Assembly (NCBI GenBank): GCA_038496445.1
Contig: JALMLS010000256.1
Span: forward strand, 1-64,000
Direction: 5' to 3'
DNA: 64,000 nucleotides
Source of the DNA: Trichosphaerium sp. ATCC 40318
Lineage: Eukaryota; Protista; Tubulinea
The position numbers and the translations under genes were made by a program. Positions 12,636 to 27,224 of this stretch are shown one piece after another. Under the pieces are notes generated by a model. It saw only the letters and a program-made list of their open reading frames with translations. It searched no databases and was not told the DNA's origin. The stretch's first letter is position 1, and every line of letters begins with the position of its first letter.

Positions 12636-14485
12636 AGCAAGGTTAGAAGTCGTTTTAGCACAAAACTTTTTGCGTTTTAAACTTATTTTCCGGTTAAGTT
12701 CACCCTTAAGTGATCTGCTGACACATATTTCACAAACCATTCCAACGAAACTACCAAATGCCCAACAAAACCCCCCTCCGTAACTATTCCAACAAACTAC
12801 CCAAACACGCACCAAAAGATGGAACAACAGAGCGTCGTCACAACAGTACTGAACCAAGTGTCACAAGTAGCTCGGATGGGGTATGTTTATTTTAACGCAT
12901 TTAATTTGATTTTTGAATTCTGGGCGTTAACTTTTCTGTTGTTTGCTTTGCCTAACATAATATTAGAGCCCGAGTGTGCACTCTTATCGTGAGAGCCACT
13001 GACCTGTTGGGGGCCTTATGGAGGTTAATTCATACCTCTGGCTTGTACAAGACTGCATGTCAAATACTGCCAAAACTTTAACGCTGTAATTCAGTGATCC
13101 AAAACTTCAACTCTGTAATTCAGTAGCGAAGATGAATATATGTGTCGCAAAGCGACACGTATATTAAACGTATTTCTCATTTTAACCATGGAAAATACGT
13201 TTGATAAACGTGTCCACAGCGATGTCTACAGCGATACGACGTTTTCACCAATTGTTACGAATTCACTTCAGTGAACCTTGCTGTCCGTGCTACAAAATCA
13301 CGTCATCAAGACCCTTCACCGGTGAACCTGCCTGAGCGGGTGAAGATGTGGCTTGTAACTCTAAGTGAGATAAACTTAATAAATATAACTTTAACCTTTA
13401 ACAAGAGTTACAAGGTACCTCTTTACACAATGGAAAATAAGTACCAAATACAAGAGTTGAAAGCCACATTAGTGTTCGTTTTGTTTCAAATAATTGTCAA
13501 AGTTTTTCTTTTTTTTTTCTTTTTTTTATCACGTGTTCTGGAAAATCCATTAAATCAACATGTAAGTATATGAAGTTGTGTACACTATCAAACTCAATGT
13601 ACATTAGAAAGCAAGGTTTCTAATAGGAACATGCGTGTATTTTGGTGCTAAAAGTGTTCGTATTGAAACTTGACAAACTTCAAACATGTTTGTCAATTAG
13701 GTACTTGGGTCAATTTCGTGTTGTCAAATGTAAATGGCCAACGTGTATTGAAGAAGACTTGACATACCAAGATTATATTGACGCAATGCTATCAGCATCA
13801 ATTTAATAAATATCACGTGCGTTTTTAGTATTTGAATGTCCTGATCTTGAACTTTTAAACGTAGCTTAACATCAACATAAAAAGTGGTTAGATTGTACTG
13901 ACATTGACAATAGGACGCTTTGGAGGCGGAAAGCTTAGTCTTTGGTGGATCTGGTGTAGCCACGCGAGCCTATTTATTCTACATTTAGGCACTTGTGCGA
14001 TTAAAGAAAAAGGAAAAGAAAAAGAAAAATGGCCATGTGATGAAGTTTACAATATATTAAATCAACACCCGCTTGATGTGTCGGTGTACACAGATTGATC
14101 CGTCTCCCTTGAGTGTATTTACAAAACCGAGGTATTTGTTAGGATTACTTTTGTTTTGATTGATTACGTACATATGCTACAACCTTGCCCTGGTAGCATT
14201 TATTTAAGCTTCAATTGTTTGACGTCAAGCTCCATACAGGTGTAATGTAGTTTGATTGAATTTGGGAAGGGATGTTTATTATATTATCAGATGGCATTCA
14301 AGGCGCAAGGGGTTTTGATTGTTTACTACTCGCCGTTGTTTGATCTACCGTACCTGACTTTCTTTTCTCAGTCTTGTCTAGTTAAACCAAACGCCAGAAA
14401 TGTGTCACATATTCATTCAAGTCAAACTTCGGGACTATCTAGCGCAACTATTTCGTAACAAAACTACCCTGTAAAGCCTCACGTG

Positions 14486-15729
14486 ATGATAAAAAGGAAG
14501 GTAACCACAAAAAAGCAAACGTATGTTTAAAATAGGTCTATTTACGCATGCTAACTCACTGTAGTGTTAAGAAAAGCGTTTTAGGACTCCTGATAGATAT
14601 TTTAGCGCATATTTATCAAAAAACGATAGCAATGATTACGTCTTGGCAAACACGTGGCCTAGACCTCCTGACTGAGGTTTTAGCATATATTTTGCTTAAA
14701 ACGACGAAACCAAGGATTACGCCTTGCCAAACAAGTGACCTTTTAGACCTCCCGACTGAGATTTTAGCATATATTTTGCTCAAAACGACGAAAGCAAGGA
14801 TTGCAGCATGCCAGACATGTCATCGCCTTGCTTCTATCGTTCACGACATTATCGGATATGATAGTGTTTGTATTTCAAGACCCTCTCAAGCTCTAGTGGC
14901 TATACAATATTCAAGTACTCTCCAACACTCAAGAATCAAACTTTTTGGAACCTCCATTTCTGATGTGGTTGCCAGAGCATTTACTGGAGTGACTGAAATT
15001 GAGCTCTTTGACACCAATATAACAAATGAAGGCCTAAAGTCATTTGCTGGCATACACACAATTACTATTAGTAAATGTCACAGTATAACAGATGAAGGTA
15101 TCAAGGTACTTGCTGGAGTACATTCAATTAATATTGCAGGTTGCGATATAACAGATGAAGGCCTCAAGGCACTTTCTGGAGTACATACAATTAATCTTAG
15201 AAAGTGTCACAATATCACAGATGAAGGGTTAAAAGCACTCTCTGGAGTACATTCAATTGATCTTGTATGGTGTTGGCTAATAACAGATGAAGGGTTAAAA
15301 GCACTTACTGGAGTACATACAATTAATCTTGCAGGTTGCGATATAACAGATGAAGGCCTCAAGGCACTTTCTGGAGTACATACAATTAATCTTGCAGGTT
15401 GCGATATAACAGATGAAGGCCTCAAGGCACTTTCTGGAGTACATACAATTAATCTTAGAAGGTGTCGCAGTATCACAGATGAAGGGTTAAAAGCACTCTC
15501 TGGAGTACATTCAATTGATCTTGCATGGTGTCGGCTAATAACAGATGAAGGGTTAAAAGCACTCTCTGGAGTACATTCAATTGATCTTACATGCTGTTGG
15601 CTAATAACAGATGAAGGGTTAAAAGCACTTACTGGAGTACATACAATTAATCTTGTAGGTTGCCGTATAACAGATGAAGGCCTCAAGGCACTTCCTGGAG
15701 TACATTCAATTAATTGTTTTAAAGTCTAG
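14486..15729 (+). CDS. F-box/LRR protein with triplicated F-box motif and about 11 near-identical 21-22 aa LRRs
   Basis: Exon 1 MIKRKVTTKKQT, intron 14521-14564 (gtatgt..ctaac..tag), then one 1.16-kb exon: LLDLPTEILAYI F-box and VHTINLxxCxxITDEGLKALSG repeats. Confidence 0.9.
15030..15715 (+). repeat. Tandem 63/66-bp LRR-coding repeats
   Basis: Recurring acagatgaagg(cctcaaggcactt|gttaaaagcact)..ggagtacat(a/t)caatt units. Confidence 0.95.
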
Positions 15730-15830
15730 GCTATACAAGGACAGCTCACCAAGCCAACGATTACAAGCAATTATTTGCATACAAGATACATAGTTCCTTC
15801 GATCGCCAACAGAGCACCAAAAACGTGAAG

Positions 15831-16160
15831 CTACGAACTTCCGCCCAAAATGTTAAAAGGGATTTGAACCCTTCCCATCCTTTCCACCTGAATGTTAGGG
15901 AGAAAACCAACTCCCAGTTGACCGGGCAAGTCAAATGGTAATTGTAAGGTTGTAGCGATAAATGTAAGTTTTGTTGAATATGTGTTGAATCTGTTTCCAT
16001 GTGTCATCGAGCTCATCTTTAATTACTTTTCTATGAACTGATATTGGCAACAGACCTTTCGAATGTGTAGCATTGTTATAAAGCTTCCATGTCCATTTGA
16101 TCAGGATAGCCATAGCCACCTGGCCATACAAGCTTAAGGAAGGCAATTTGTGAAGTGTCA
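15831..16160 (-). mobile_element. Possible 3' fragment of non-LTR retrotransposon ORF2
   Basis: AMAILIKWTWKLYNNATH resembles the WxxWKxRN motif at the end of L1/Tx1-like ORF2; frameshifted; no poly-A or TSD seen. Confidence 0.35.
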
Positions 16161-16284
16161 GAATTATAAGGGAAAGCTAACTGTAACGACTTGACCGTCA
16201 GACGAACAAACAATTAAACATCTTTATCTATCGTGTCATAGTGTTTGTTTGTGAACTATAATTAACTCTGTGTTCTACATCAAG

Positions 16285-16921
16285 CTGACATAAATGACAA
16301 TACAACCCTTGCATCTTTCACAATGTTTGGTGAGCCGTTATTTACAGCGAGTCAACCCCGTTCGATAATTAACCTTGTATCTCTTGGAAACAACACAACA
16401 ATAGCATCAGCTGATCTCACTACATGGTTAGTGTGCAAACACAACAGGTGTGTATATTTGCGAAAGAACAAAACATGGGCTTCCCAGAGTCAGCACTAGA
16501 AGGCTCTTATCGAACATTCCAGCCCATTCATAACATTTGTAGGTGGGAACCAGATTATTTTCACTGGCTCCTCATTTAGTGTTTTGGCAGCTAACCCTGC
16601 AAACGAAAACAATGTTTGGATTTCAGACTGCCTAATGTTAATTGATTTTATGGTAAATAGAGTAGCACCTACAACAACCACCTGTATCACCCACCGTGTT
16701 TTCAACTCCAACGAGTGTTCCAACTCAAGAGTCAACAAGTGTGCCTACTGAAGCACCAACACGTGCTAATAGTCAGTGCTTGTCACAAAATGATACCAAT
16801 TGTTGTGGTGGGTTTACCTCGGATGTACAGACTGCTGTATGCGTTGATGATGTATGGTCAGTAACGACATCATATTTAATACCTCCTATGCTTATATTAT
16901 CTTCGTCTCTGATCATACAAG
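16285..16921 (+). pseudogene. Internal fragment of the surface-protein family (frameshifted, lacks 3' exons and TM)
   Basis: ADINDNTTLASFTMFG..NVWIS..PT stalk..CCGGFTSDVQTAVCVDDVW..IIQG|gt; frameshifts near 16435 and 16680; the following GNLTW exon is absent. Confidence 0.8.
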
Positions 16922-17272
16922 GTAAATTATAGTGATCTTGCAAGCCAAGTTGGCGAGAACTTGAAAATTATCGATATTGATAGACACAGTTGGTAATTGG
17001 CTGACAGGGAATATGAAACGCTCATTACAAGTTGATGACTTGACCGTTAGGGAGCTCATAGGGACGTTCTCAATAACTGTAATGTTCTCTAGCATGGAAA
17101 CAGCAAAATCAGGCGGTGATCTATATCTGGTCACCAAAGACAACTTGGTCAGACCGTAAGTTGTAGGCACCAAAGCGTAATGATATTACAACAGTAACAC
17201 CCAAATTCGTAGCTCTACACAATCGACACTGTTGGTTCAATGTACAATCAGAAGAGAATGCAATTTGGTTTA

Positions 17273-19240
<1,968 letters not shown>

Positions 19241-19596
19241 TGTTGATAATGCTTCACTATACACAAACGTTGATTAAGTGACAGTATCAAGTCCACTAAT
19301 TGTCCGCACAAACGTCAAATAAAAAAGTTGCACTTGTTTTTCTAAACACCACAATGACGTAAGCCGGTTAAAAAGTCTTTGAATGTAAATCACTACTCTA
19401 GAGTAGTAGCAAAAGTATCTATCTTTGTCCATAAGGTTATCATATATTTGTTGTGCTGATTGGCTAAACCCAACTAAATTAATAAATCACGTGGTTTTTT
19501 TTTCTTTAATTGGTGCGTGGTAATGTCAAAAAATCATTTTGCTTTTAATTTTTTATTTTCTTTGAATTACACGTTACATTCTAATCTCTTTGACCT

Positions 19597-20830
19597 CTAC
19601 TTCTTTTGTTTGGTACCTTTTGATTTACCAGGCTCTATTGAAGGTTGTTAATACAATAAAGTCACAATAATAATACAAATGAAGAATATAACAAGACACA
19701 AACAAGATGACTTTCTACTTACTTTTTTTTGATGTTTTTTTAGCTGCCTTATCAGCCTCTTTAGCAGCATAAGCTTCTGGGTAATCCTTCTTCCATTGCT
19801 CCATTTCTTCTTCATAACGCTTTTTGGCTTCTTCAACCTTATTAATGTATGGTTCTTTCTCAGCTAAACCAAAACTTGAGTTCATTCACTGAAAAAGTAG
19901 AGTTGACTTCTGAGAACTTACCGTCTGATAGCGCTCTCCATTTAGCTCCAAGATGAGAAGCAATCTCTTTTACCTTTAGATCAGGGTTCTCTTCAGCGAC
20001 TTTAGCGCGGTTTTCTCCCATGTAGATAAAGTAGGCAGTAAGTGGCCTCTTTGGTTCTCCTTCGTATACTGTTTTCTTTTTCTTTGTTGTACGCTTCTGT
20101 GCCTTTGCTTTCGCAGTTTTAGACTTTTTCTTTGGCGCTTCGTTATCATCTGAAGCCCTCTTTCTCTTCTTTGGAGATTCTAAATCAAAGAGAGGATCAG
20201 AGGAGACCCAGGATGGATTTTACAAAAAAAATACCAATCGCGTAGATGCGTCATTTTTAAAGTGAGATGTTCAAAAACTTTTGGTGATGTTCACGAGTAG
20301 CCTGTATTTGTATTTGGCGTATTTTATGCTTTTTACGCAATGAAATAGTATTGCTATGGCGTCTGTACCTTTTGTTGATGATTTTGTTCTGCTTGTTGGT
20401 GGCTCTATTATGTACTCCGCTTCATCAGCTTTAGCCTCGTCTTCTATGCACCTAGCGAAGTGTACGTTAAAAGCTCGATTTGAAACCCAAAAAAAAATCC
20501 CATCAATTGGCCGTACCTTTCAATCCATTCATAGCTCACTATGTACTCTATATCCTTCTCCTTGTAATTATTGTACGAAGCACTCCTTACGTTTTCGGAG
20601 AGTGCTACATGCGTAAATTCTCCAGCACTCTTCTTGGCCGTTTTAAAGACCTTTTGAGGATTGTGAGCATGTAACGGGCAAAAAAAAAAGGTCTTTTTAC
20701 GTGACATGTTGATCAAATGATCATAGTATGCACGTACTTCGCAACCAAGCGATTCTAGATCCTCGCTATATTGCTTGTATTTATCCGCGCCTGTAATAAC
20801 AACACGGAGACCTTCAAGTGGTTGTGACAT
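19597..20830 (-). CDS. BRCT + HMG-box protein
   Basis: N-terminal PLEGLRVVITG..LESLGCE..FTHV..IVSYEWIERCI (BRCT); basic linker; PKRPLTAYFIYMGENR..EIASHLGAKWRALSDAEKEPY (HMG box). Confidence 0.85.
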
Positions 20831-21084
20831 GGCTGAGCTTTGGATGTCGTTTGAGAAACGTTGGATTTGCTTTGACACAGAGATTTTTTGAAATGTCAAC
20901 ATTTTTCACCCCAACTTAAAAATGCGGTGCTGTAAGTCCACTCTCACTCGGATTGGGGTGACAACATCACTTACACCCTTCTAGATGACTTAATTTGTAC
21001 TCCTCAAGGAACGCTGCATCAGAATCGCTAGTGGAAATTTGTCATTGGATACACAACATTTGAAGAGTTTTTTCAAAGACTTAT

Positions 21085-24000
21085 TTAATTTACAGTAAGG
21101 TTGATTCTTTTGACAGTGAGTACAGACTTATATTCAAAAACCAAGTTTCTAATGAGTTGCCTGTAGTAAAGCGCATTTAGCAACAATGAAATAAACAATT
21201 CTACGCAGTCTAGACGTACCTAAAAAAAGGTGCTTCCTTTGGATTTTCAACAAAAGGTTCGAATTGATCAAGATTTTCCCAAAGTTTTAGTTTGAGAGTG
21301 TTATAATTATCGCTTATGATCTCTGTAACCTAAAAGAAAAACTCGTAAATTAAAGGGAAGATATAAACAAATTCTTTACCTTTGCTGGTGTAGTAACTTC
21401 GCCTGGATGTTCCTGAGACCATGCCTTAATTTTCCTTGTGAAATGTTCTAATATTTTACGAATATTTGAAAAGTCACTAGCTAGAGCTGTGTCCTTCAAC
21501 TGGTCAACTAAAGGATCGATTGTATCAGTAAAATTGAGTAATATAACATAGAAAAAAACAATATTTAAAACAAGTACTTCATACAAAGAGAACAAGCACG
21601 TGCAAAATGATGAAATAAAAACGATTGGTGAGAAGAATTGTTTTAACGTACTGCTCTTTTGAAACTCTTGGAGCTCATTGCAGTTATGCATAATCTCATA
21701 GTATAATGCATCATAATCGGACAGATAAGGCAAGAAAGTATCTCCAAATGTAATGAAAATGTTAAATATATTTACAATCTAAACAAGTAAAGTAAGAAAA
21801 AACCAAGACAACAAACTTTTCCAAGAAAAATACGTGACATTAACTGTCAAATGTCAAAGAAACACTCAAAAAAGTGTCACAATGTGTCACATGTCTCATG
21901 TCAAAACAAGAAATTTTCAACAAAAAAAAAAGAAGTAAAGGTCAAGAACGTCTACTAACCTTACGGCACAAGCCAACAATTTCAGGATTTTCAAGCAAAG
22001 CATCAGTTGAAACGAATTTTAAGACACGAAGCAAAGTAAGCCATAATTCACGCCAAGGATAATCTAATCGTTGTCTGAACCTCTTCTCATAGCTTAAAAT
22101 ACGTTGTAGAACATCAATTGCCAAACTAAAAGCAAAGCACAAACAGTTAGCTATAACCCTTTCAAAAAGACGTAAAGATTGCACACGCACCAATATAGCT
22201 CTACGGGGAATTTCCGTTTCATGTTATGCTTGATAAATCCGAGAATAACATCAACTACACCACACATTGTAGGGCGTTCTTTTTGAGTCACCAAACGCTA
22301 AATATTGTAAGTTTTATTGAAAGAAAACAAAGTAATAAAAAAAAGGTTACTGGTGACATACTCCGCTTTTTAATAGTGTTGTTTCAATTAAAAGACTATC
22401 ATCGTGGAACAGTTGATTTATAAAGTCTTTTTCTGTTAATACAATGTATATAATCAAAGCTAATTTCCCATAACTCTGTTGCCTAGAAAAAGATAAAGTA
22501 AACAAGCATGCCAACAAATAAAAATAAAGTCTATCAAGGAGATCTATACCTATAGTCATTCACGTTTGCAAGTAAATGTGATGTCAACGTAAAAAACGAA
22601 GGGAATAAATCCGATACAACAAGTGTTTCCTCCTCTTGAGTAGGTGCAACATCTATAAAAAGAAGAAAAAAATAAGCAAAACCCACTGTCTTCTTCTTTC
22701 GCAAATTTTTTAGAAACGCACTATAAATCTTAGATGGGTCTACTGTATTCACGTTTTTATTTGCAGAGTCTAAAACATTTCACGGTTAGCACAAACACAG
22801 CAAAAAAAATCATAATAAAAAGAAATGAACTCACTTTTGTCTGATTTCTCTGAGAACAGCACACGTAGGAACTCCTCATTGTTACTAACCAATTCATATA
22901 ATCCTAGAAGCATGCCACCTTGATTTTCGAAACTAAAAACTCAGCATCAGCAGGCTAGAGGCGACAAAACAAAAAAAAAGAAAATAAAATATCAGTAAAA
23001 GGGTAAAACAAACTTCTTTACGCACCTCTCTTGAGCTTTTTGCTCAGGCTTAGCCCAAAATAACGAAGTTATAAATGAGTATTTATAATTCTTCTCTTCA
23101 AGGACATGTTGATAAATCCTACAGACAGTGTTAAGCAAACAAAGTAACAACCAAACAACAAGAAGAACATAAAGAAAAAAAGAAAACAATTAATCGTACA
23201 ACGTCATTTCTTTGCAAGTACGTTCCATCGTCTTTGCCATAGCCCTTAGTGTATTTTCTCTTCGTAAACGCTTCAGTTCCGTTTGATAAACATTCTTAGT
23301 CTCGTATTTTTGATAATTCGTTAAAACTACTAAAAGAAACACAGCGTTGAAAGTCATAACTGATTCTTCGGCTAATGAGCAAATCTACAAAAATAAAATC
23401 GTCAATATAAAAACCTTACAAGCTAGTTGAAATAAATAAACGTCATTGAAATGCGCTTTAATGGTTTTTGTAGAATGGTTTTGGTGGAAAGTTTTTTTCT
23501 TGTTTATGCGTCATCAATTAGGAGTAGGAGACGTTGTACGTTACATTGCAAGGTTAGTACACGCCATAAAAAACCATTTTGTCTGTAAAAAAATAAAAAA
23601 AGATACACGTACAGATGTCAATGTGTCAAACAGCTCTGGTGTCATTATGTACTCAATAAGCGCATTTTGATTAATATTATCCATAGCAGTTACAAATATT
23701 GTTAGTAGATTAAGTGCATTCTCCTTTAAAGAAACTAACAGAAACCATTAACAAACAACCAAGCCAAAAAAAAAAAAAAAACGTAAAAGAAAATCAAATT
23801 GTGGCTACGTACTTTCACCATTTCCTAAACAAATGCCCTGAACACATTCCACAAGCTCAGAAAAAAATGATTCTGCATTATCAGCGCCACAGACGAGATT
23901 AATAACGTTCAAGTTGAAACTCTCATATTTTTTACGAAACATGCCACGTAGAAGAACACTCAAAGTCTAGGCACTGTAAAGATAATACCACATGCAGGGC

Positions 24001-24578
24001 ATGATTAATAAGAAAAAAAAAACGTACTTCCAGAGCGTGGGCGACACGAAAAGAGTTTCATTTTGTAGACAGCGTAAGCAGTGCTTAAATATTATGTTGA
24101 GGTTGCGCTAAAAGAATTAGCAACAGAACGCATTTATGACATTTTGGTGGAAGAAACAAGGAAATTCGTTACAATTAGTGTATGTAACAAGATGCAGCAT
24201 TGACAAACTCAAAACGGTGAGAATAAATTGTTCCCACCCTTTCTGTTATGTCAAAGAGTCTAGAAAAAGTGTACAAGTAATATTTGACGTGCCCGTAACG
24301 TAAGTAACTTATCTTCACTACTTAGAAGCACAAAGCGCTCGATCATTGGTATATTAACTTTAAGCAGTAAGACTTCATCCCAGAACTCTGGGTTTCGTTC
24401 AATTGATCTCCCTACGCAAGGGTGTTACCCTGAGGTGGTTTCTTTGCGGTCTAAATTATCTTGAAGTTCGTACTGCAAACGCTGCTTCGTAAATAGCCTG
24501 AAACTTTGTTTTACGTTGCGCAGGTGACGCCACTTGCTGTTCTTTAGGTCCCAACAAACTTTGAAGCGGTGAGTCCAT
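21085..24578 (-). CDS. ARMH3: Armadillo-like helical domain protein 3 (C10orf76/UPF0668, DUF1741)
   Basis: LDYPWRELW, NIFITFGDTFLP..YDALYYEI, NYNTLKLKLWENLDQFEPFVENP match the DUF1741 C-terminus. Confidence 0.88.
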
Positions 24579-24739
24579 ATTGCCGTTATTTCTACAATAT
24601 ACTTCCTGTAGAACACCAATTGTTTCTTCAAAAACTAGCCACGTGGTTTTTTTCGGAACTGTGGGAAAACAAACCAAAATCTCGTTGTTTTGACTTTTTT
24701 GTTCCTGTTGATTTTTAAGTGTCAAAAGCCGTTAATAAA

Positions 24740-26032
24740 ATGTCAGAAGGCGTAGTGTTAATCACTGGAGCATGTGGTAACCTTGGGTATAAGCTATCAA
24801 CGTATTTAAAAGAACAATGCGTCAAACTGGTGCTTCTCGATATAAAATTTCGTGACGCGTTTCGAGACCAATTCAAGGATGCTCAGCTCATTACCGCAGA
24901 TTTGAGGTACTACATTTTGTTTGACAGGACTTATTTTCGCTCTAATACTGCTAAGAACATGGAATCCATCGTGGGTGGACTCATTTAACGGTGTAGATGC
25001 TGTTTACCATTTCGCAGCCCAAATGCCATTGCCAGATGGTAACTAAATGCTTCTGTGTATCAAGGCTTACAGCTGTAGCAACATGGGAAGATTCTGCAAG
25101 ATCTATAGACATAACATCCAACGTTCTCTTTGCTGCCTCTAAAGCAGGTAATCAATATATTTTGAAATATTGACAACACGTTCTCTTACGAATTCGTTGT
25201 TTCTCACAACTTCTCAGGTGTTAGACGATTTGTGTTCGCAACATCCAACGTGCGTAACGATGCATTTACGCTATCATTGTATATACTAACATGATTTAAG
25301 CACGTGATGGGTGGATATGTTTACAAAAACTTACAACCCGGACAACTAAAAACTACATTACCACCTCTTGTAGGCACCAAATTCACCTTAGGCGCGTTTA
25401 TATCAAGGTTTTTGAACCACTATTCAGGCTTAACATTTAACTTAGGCAAAGTGTCAAAGGATTCAACGCCATACGCTTCAGCAAAGCTACACGGTGAGAG
25501 ATTATGTGAAACCTTCGTTGGCTCTGGACAACTCAATTCTGCCATAGCTGGTAACCCAATCATGTGAACTCTATAATCTTATAGTTTCTAGTACGTATTG
25601 GGTGGTGTAACGTAGGTAAAAATACTCCAGATATGATACGTGCTATAGGGTAGACCAAACTGTAATTTTTTTTTTTGACTGTATTTTGACTAGAGAGCCA
25701 GTTTCATCCGACGTTTTACAGCAAAGTGCCGTTGATAAAACAGATAAATTACAATCGTTACTACTCAGTTGGTTCCGAGGCATGTGGTTGAGCAATGACG
25801 ATTTTATTACACTTATGGATCGGTGTCGGCATGCAGACCTTTCTTCTGAAAATAAGTATGTACTTGTAAATGGAATGTCTAGCAACAAGGACCAACTATG
25901 GGATCAAACAGTTGGTAAAGAGGTACACAAATTAATGATCATATGTAGGCATTAGTATACTAATAATACTCCTTTCAGGTGCTAGGATATCATGCTAAAA
26001 GCGATGCATACTCATTTCTAAAGAGCACTTAA
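24740..26032 (+). CDS. NAD-dependent epimerase/dehydratase (extended SDR, uronate-dehydrogenase-like)
   Basis: VLITGACGNLG, RFVFATSN|HVMGG, YASAK, VRIGW, MWLSNDDF. Confidence 0.9.
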
Positions 26033-26095
26033 AATAATAGAAACCACCATACTGAAAAAATGTGATGGTACTAAGCGTCGTTGTTAAGCAAGTTT

Positions 26096-27099
26096 TTATT
26101 CTTCCTTGGCAGCCTCTGCTGGGATAATTTCCTTTTTATTCTGATTAATATACTTCAACCATTTGTATTTGAATAAATAGTAATTAACAAACATCACGGG
26201 AATAAAGATATCCAAATAATTAGTGCTTTGATATGCAGTTCCATACGCTTGAGCCACAGCTACTACTTTACCATGTGCATTTAGAACAGGTCCGCCAGAG
26301 TTACCATCTATACATTGAATACTTATGTTAGTCGTGACAAGGATGAAGACAGAAAAAGAAAAAAATAAGAAAACAGTACGGGTGACGATGGCATCTTTTA
26401 GTATCATGCGTGGTCCACCGTTTACCATAGACAAAAATGTTGGTGCATCGCTATAAGTAGTTTTAAGGTTACCACCATTAGGGTAACCAATACATATAGT
26501 CTTATTCCAAGGCCAAGGAAAATTAAACAATTGTCCCTAAAAAATAAATCAATTATTGGTACTTTTTTTCAGGTTGCAACTTTATCATCAAAGTCAAGTC
26601 ACGTGCTTAGTTTTTGGAAAAAAGAAAGAGCATAAATGAAGTCGTACTTTTAGTGGTTCCCTTGGTACGTCTTGTGGTAGCTTAATAACAGCTAGATCGT
26701 ACTTTTCAGAGTATATAATTACGTTCGATTTCAAAAACGGCACAACGAGCTCCCCAGGGAATGTCAAAATCCCAAATTGTTTTAACGGTTTAACAACATG
26801 CGCATTTGTTACCACAATGTTTTTCGCTGTATAAAGAAAGCCTGTAGCAGAGCTTATACTGTCTATTGTTGCCCCAGGTACTCTAATATTATTTGGTATT
26901 TGAATCTTCGCTATGGAGCCTTTGGCCGCACTAATAGCTTCGCCGTTAACGCCTAAACGTTAAATGTTACAAAAAAAATTGCTATGAAGCTTATGTCACC
27001 ATAAATGCGGTTGTAAGCGTAAGAATACGCTATATACGATAGTGGGATAAGCGCTAGGAAAGCTTGACGCCCACGTAAGCTAGCTCGCACTGTATTCAT
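26096..27099 (-). CDS. Trypsin-like serine protease (Trypsin_2/HtrA-like, no PDZ) with N-terminal hydrophobic segment
   Basis: ATGF, VVTNAHVV, DLAVIKL, IGYP, GNSGGPVLN catalytic triad motifs. Confidence 0.9.
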
Positions 27100-27224
27100 A
27101 TATAATCAATGTGGTTACCAGTATTGACACCTATGCGCACTCATTGTTATGTGAACAAGCGAAAAAAAGTTGTAGAAGAGTGTCCAACACATTTCAACGC
27201 TTTTTTCGGTTGTCGAGTATCAAA

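Noticed and set aside
12757-13125. Small two-exon ORF and a 24-bp imperfect direct repeat
   Set aside because: No recognisable product; too short to support.
14030-14130. VSVYTD*S resembling the RNase H YTDGS motif
   Set aside because: A single short motif containing a stop, with no supporting downstream RNase H motifs.
15207-15686. 159-aa minus-strand repetitive ORF; regular repeats superficially CRISPR-like
   Set aside because: Antisense shadow of the LRR repeats; units are in-frame coding with no unique spacers or cas genes.
20920-21050. Structured-looking intergenic segment, possible ncRNA
   Set aside because: Explained as a 5'UTR intron (gtaagt..ttacag, minus strand) of the BRCT-HMG gene; no snRNA, snoRNA or tRNA motifs found.
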